DNA of 63,727 nucleotides, the filler included, from Folioceros fuciformis (Eukaryota), in NCBI GenBank assembly GCA_049999805.1. It is 7 parts of 7 records of this genome, joined end to end, with 100 filler letters (N's around TTAATTAATTAA, not from the genome) between each part and the next. Parts side by side here need not be neighbours in the genome. Positions count along the whole stretch, not along the records: positions 48,405 to 63,727 come from JBNGIO010005419.1; 6 more parts are not named here. One strand, given 5' to 3'. Shown here piece by piece: positions 58,342 to 63,727 of this stretch; positions within the stretch are counted from its first letter, which is position 1; each line of letters begins with the position of its first letter. The notes beneath the pieces are model-generated. The model saw only the letters and a list, made by a program, of their open reading frames with translations, was not told the origin of the DNA and searched no databases. Made by a program: the position numbers and the translations under genes.

Positions 58342-61209
58342 CCCTGGCTAGCTGGTTGCTTCCAGCTTCCTTTCCCGTACCTCCCTCCAAGGTTGTAGAA
58401 GGGTCTTCGATCTCCGCACAGAAAGGTTGATGCCACCCCAAGGCTGGCGCGGCGAATTTAGCCAAGAGCCCGTGATGCCGACAACGTCTCTTGGAGCACC
58501 CGGTACCTGGACTCACCTCGCAACCTCCTTCCAGCGTGAATTCATTTGTGAGATTTTCTAGAGGCAACCAAGGAAAAACCACCAACCTCTTGTCTGTCTT
58601 ACTACCCGACTGGCCTGGAGTAGCCGCCCTGGCTCCGAGTTCTTCACCATGCTGCGTTAGCACTCCCTGAGGACCCTGCTGGATACCACCTTGAGGATCT
58701 TCAACATACTTGCCAGCAAGGTCGCGGCCGAGAGGCCGTCTAGCATCACCGAGGTCACGAGGTGGAGCCGAGCTCCCTCCGCCCAGGGGCGATCCTTCCC
58801 TAGCCATCCTTACGGAGCTCCTCTGCTCCAAACTTGGTGCTTGGTGTCAACTCGGGGGAGGAGTGACCCCATCTGCAGCCCTGCCCCGATGCACTCCAGT
58901 CCTTACATAGGACCCTGGATTCGGAGACCCTTCTACGCTTCCCTCCTTGTGGAGTCCCCCCCCTGGAGGGGTGGCCTCCCTTGCCCTTACAAGCCTGTTG
59001 ATCGATTCAGGCTTCTCCACTGCACCTAGTAGCTCCCTAGAGGCGCCGACCTGCACCGCCCTTGCCCTTGCAAGCTTGTCGACCGATTCAGGCTTCTCTG
59101 CTTCTTGCTTGGTCAAAAAGGCAGCGCTAACCACCGTCCCTATGCAGTTATCAAGGCCACTGCCTGGCCCTGGATCCTGGTGCCAAAACGGGATGGTTTG
59201 GCAGTCCTCAACTTCTCCTTGGTGTACCGTCAAGTCCCCGGACTCCCACCTACTCTCAGGTCCAGCAGGCACACCATCCAAAGAGCTAGGATCCTCTCAT
59301 GTAGAATTCCCATGAAAGCTTGTCCCAGAAGTTTTTCCGGGCTCGAGACTTCTCGTTTGCGAACCTTTCTCCATACACATTGACCTGCACCTTTACCAGC
59401 TGCCAGAAAATTTCCTTCACCCACCAGCTTATCGGAAGGCACAGACCGATCTTCCCCCCCCCTCAGAATCAGCGTCCAGGGACACACCAGAGAAACCCAA
59501 CGAAGTGGGAAGCTCACTGTGAGCATCCAGCAACACCTCTGAGGCACTGTGTTGCTTGTTGGCGTCAAAAACAACCTTCATGTCCCTACTAGCCAAGACA
59601 CTTGTGGGGCATGCAAGATGATTCCTGTGTAACAACTCGTCTGAGCTTCCGCTTGCATCATGGCACTCGTTGAGAGGGCCGCTGAACCTACTTGCCGATG
59701 CCGACCCTGCTCTCCGGGTGTACTCTTCATTGTCAAGATCCACCTCCATAGGCATAGTGCCCTCTGCAACCATGTCTTCTTCCCATCTGAGCTCCCACTT
59801 GCCTGGCACTCCTCACCTAGCTCAATCAGTGTGATCGCGAACAGGATGGAAGATCAATTTTCCAAATTGTGACAAACCATACTGTGCCTAGCCTCTTGAA
59901 GATATTGGTTCCCCGTTTGTTCATCTAAACCTAAACCCACCTGTAGCATATCCCGAGTTCTCAGCTTAACATTATCCCAGAAGGCAAGAAGCTAATGCCC
60001 CATCACTTCCCCAAGCTGGAGGGAGCGCGTAGGCAGGGCACTAAGATCGCCCACCTTCAGCAGCCAATAATAGAAATCTTTGCCCATCTTCTTCCTCATG
60101 AGCACGCAGATTTTGATGTGCGTGATGGTTGCAACCTCAATACCCGAGAAGAAGAGTTTCTGAATCCGATTTGCCCACTGCTGTGTTCCGGGGTTGGACC
60201 TCCACGATTTCCTGAGCACTCCTTTAAAGCCCGGCAGTGGACCTGGATGGGCCTTCTCAGCTTTGTCACCTCCACTGCCAGCACAAGCTCGAAGAGGACA
60301 AGCCTGCTTAAGGTGGCTTTTCAGCCCACAGACACCGCACCTGACAGGCAGATCAAGGTAGTCAAAGAGCTGGGTATAGCATCTAGATGGGTCTTCCGGA
60401 TTTTGAACAATGACTCCTTTAGGCAGGGCAAGGAGGCTATCAACCCTAACGCCAAAACGAGGGGGCTGATAGCTGTCAAAGAAGTGCGAATCCACCTTGG
60501 GAACCTCCACCACTCGGCCTATAGTCCCCAAGATCTTACGTATCATCGGGATGAGCTGCACGGGCAGAGCACGAAGCCCCACCCAGAGAAACTGCAGTTT
60601 GATATTCGACTATATAATTGTGTTCCCTAGAGACCAAGCCTCCACCAACACCCGGATGGAGCCTTGAAATGGCACGGTTGTGTGTAAGATTGACTGCGCG
60701 CCTGCTGCCTCGTCACATTTGATCTGAAAAGAACCATCAGCCTTCTGGAAAACATATGCTGGAGGGCACCCGGTTACTTGAGTCGCCCAAATCTCCAGCT
60801 CCTCCATTGTAGGGGGACCTATGGACAGCAGCCGCCCCACGACAGAGCTGGCCACGAGTTTATCGTCCTCCTGTTGAAAGTACTGCGCTTTTGTAAGAAC
60901 ATCCGCCAGAGGACCCAGCTGAAGACCTGGACCCTCTTTTGCCGAAACCGAGGCATATTCTTGAGAAGCGTTCGCTTGTTCCTGTTCAAGAGCATAATCT
61001 ACCTCAGGCGTCCGTACCTGAGCTTCAGTCTCTACCTCAGCTTTTGTCCGGCTAGCATTAGATGGATTAGGAACCTTCCCCACCGCGTTAAGCCCCCTCG
61101 CATTCTGTTTACTTGTGCACAAACCGACCATGGCCACCCATGTGCCAACTGTGGAGCCCCCTCGTTGGGGGCTCATCGCCTCCATCGAGGCCCCAAGCTA
61201 GGCCCTTGG

Positions 61210-61424
61210 TGCAAAGTGAAGCCTAGGAATAGTCTAGCGTCAGCTAGTCAACAACTAGGTTAAGCTAAATAAGCTTAGTTAGGGTTAGAAAGTCAAGATG
61301 TGAAAAGACACATGACTACAAAATACCTAACCACCATAGCACATGACACAAGACAAAAAGAGTTTTGCTTGTTTGATACATGTGATCATTTTTCCTAAGT
61401 GAGATTGCTTCTCCTGTTTTTGTA
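61210..61424 (+). repeat. Second copy of the 47646-47859 repeat
   Basis: Near-identical sequence. Confidence 0.95.
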
Positions 61425-61449
61425 AAGGGGCGGTTTGGCCCTTTGGTGG

Positions 61450-63350
61450 TTCTTGGGTGCAAGAAATCACTCCACAACTGTACCATATACACCCCAGCAA
61501 AACGGGGTTGCCGAGAGGAAGAACCTGACCCTTCTAGCCATGACTCGGAGCATGCTTCTCTTGTCTAGACTTTCTCAAGCATATTGGGCTGAAGCTATTG
61601 TCTATGCAACTTATGTCTTGAACAGAATCCTTACGAGTTCTGTTCCTGACCAGACACCCTATGAGGTTCTTTACAAGAGGAAGCCGAGCCTACTACACCT
61701 GCATGTTTTTGGCTCCCGAGCATATGCACTTGTTCCCTCAAAGAAACGTCGCAAACTAGACCCTAGAGCCCAAGCCCTTATTTTTGTAGGGTACACTGAA
61801 TAATCTAAGGCTTATCAACTCTATGACCCAACTACCACGAAGATGTCCCTCTCACGTAGTGTCACCTTCATTGAGCCAAAACACCCTCTACATGCATGTG
61901 TTTCAGACTCAGAGGGAGTTACAGCCCCCAATGACCTAGAGGGAGCACCTGTCCTTCCTGCATCTGATGGACAAGTCACCTTTCATATTTATCACTAGGA
62001 TACTGAACCCGCAGCAGTTCCACTAGATGTTTTAGTGCAGGATAATATGTTACTTGTAGTTCCCTCACCTGATGTCGCTACAGATACGGACCTTGTGCCT
62101 AGCGTAGGATCGGTAGCACACAGCGTAGAGAGGAAGCTTAGAAAATCAGAATAGCCACTTGTGAATGTGGGTGTAAGGCCATAAGAGGCCGTGTCATGTG
62201 AACCGGTACGGCGGTTGACTGTTAACGTTACGACTGTGCACCTGTTCGTGCACTTATTTAATAAATATATATATGTGTAACTATTCGCTTAACGACCTAA
62301 ACTATGCATGACGCCGAGATACGGGCTAGTTAGGGCAACCTATCTCGCTAGTGCCTAAGAGAGCAGACCTAGGTCATCTTGAGGAAGTCGGATCACCTGT
62401 CCACTCAAAGATTAGTGAAGGGCTCCATGATGACCTTAACTGTTTTGAACAAGACCCAGACCCTGCAGCTTATGAGAACCCAATGGAGGACCTGGTCCCG
62501 CCAGCCCCTACGGTCCCTGATCCTGTACTTGAGGAGGCGGCTCCTCGACGTTCTGGACGACATCAACCACCCCTTGAGCAGTGGGCAAAACCTAGGTATC
62601 AATCTATTGACTTCAGGAACAGGGCAGCTGCAGCAATGACAACAACAACAACACATACCTCCACTTCTAACATACCACATGAACCACGTACATTGATTGA
62701 GGCATACCATGGACCCGACAGCCAGCAGTGGCATGCAGCGGTGGAGGATCAGTACTAGTCACTGATTAAGAACAAGACCTGGACTCTTGTCGACCTACCA
62801 CCTGTCCGCAAGCCCATCTCTTGCAAATGGGTTTTCAAACATAAACTGAATGCTAAAGGAAAGATTGCCCGATACAAGGCCAAACTAGTGGCCCGCGGTT
62901 TCACTCAGGTAGAGGGCCTAGACTATCAGGAGACATTCTCTCCTGTCGTCCGAGCCCAATCAATTTGTATGCTCCTTGCACTCGCCGTTGAGTTTGATCT
63001 GGAGCTATGGCAGATGGATGTCTGCACAGCATGTCTCTATGGCTCTTTAGACGAGGAGCTCTACATGCAACAACCAGAAGGTTATGTTAGCAAGAAGCAC
63101 CCAAATCAGTTCTAAAATTGCTAAAATGCATCTATGGGCTTAAACAGTCTAGCAGGGTTTGGTATTTTACAATCCATGTTTACCTACTGGGACTATCCTT
63201 TGTCCAAAGTGCTGCAAACACTAACGTTTACAGGTTGGCTAGAGGCTCATCTTTTGTCGTGCTTGCACTGTACGTAGATGACGTAATTCTGGTCACAAAC
63301 AGCAAACCCCTGTTAGTTGAGGTCAAACTCTCACAAAGTTGGCTTGTGCG
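61450..63350 (+). mobile_element. Ty1/Copia integrase C-terminus and RT fragment, with an unrelated insert at ~62170-62365
   Basis: PYTPQQNGVAERKN, LIFVGY, RGFTQVEGLDY, QMDVCTA, YGLKQSSRVW, LYVDDV. Confidence 0.93.
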
Positions 63351-63727
63351 GAAGCTATTTGAGGAACTATTATAATATATGAATTAATTAAATACAAACA
63401 ATAGTTTGTTTAAATACAAATGGCAGTGACGTTTCGCTAATAACTATTTAACCAAAAATGACTAAACCAGGTAGTTAATGTTTATCCTTATTTTATCTTA
63501 ACGTACTTAAATAAGAGAGGAAAACAAAAAATCAGATAACACCGCGATGACTGACGAGTGGTACAGATTGCGGAAACAGCCATGGGCGGACCATGTCAAA
63601 AAAACAGGCAACCAGTCGCAATCGATCAATCCCAAGACGGGATCTTGGTGCCCCGCCGCGTGTCGTTGGCTGCTGGTCAGTCGGCATGGCCAGATGCAAC
63701 CATCGAGGGGCATCGATAGCGATGGAT

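Larger units (their letters stand above)
50460..61209 (-). mobile_element. Degenerate L1-clade LINE (~10.7 kb)
   Basis: ORF1 (61185-59992) with knuckle CGVCGLKSHLKQAC. RT: KSPGHDG, WRPITLL, QRGFI, RQGCPLAP, FVDD; also KRLGGLGL and the C-terminal CRLC..HIFFQC. No endonuclease motifs found. Ends are approximate. Confidence 0.92.

Noticed and set aside
63545-63600. Hammerhead ribozyme candidate (CTGACGA..GAAAC..GTC)
   Set aside because: Stem II is mostly G-U pairs, there is an extra base before GAAA, and no stem I pairing.

Overview
Eukaryotic, plant nuclear DNA that is almost entirely nested, decayed transposons. The Lhcb transit peptide resembles non-seed land plant sequences (bryophyte, lycophyte or fern); this is inference only. 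The window is a stitched assembly with six N44-TTAATTAATTAA-N44 linkers, five N100 gaps and several abrupt joins, so long-range adjacency is unreliable. The only clearly intact host gene is an intronless major LHCII gene (29778-30572). Also present: an RDR1/2-type RNA-dependent RNA polymerase pseudogene cut by a Copia insertion; MULE/SWIM transposase pseudogenes, one split by a 3.4-kb solo LTR with a 5-bp TSD; more than ten Ty1/Copia fragments; a Ty3/Gypsy integrase and repeated accessory ORFs; a ~10.7-kb L1-type LINE; an RPA1-C-like OB-fold ORF with a hydrophobic tail; a 5S-rRNA-derived segment; and several minisatellites. Best novelty candidate: two divergent Copia elements of one lineage each carry a mutually homologous extra coiled-coil ORF ('ORF0') between the PBS and gag. 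Family assignments come from motif recognition and memory; no searches were run.
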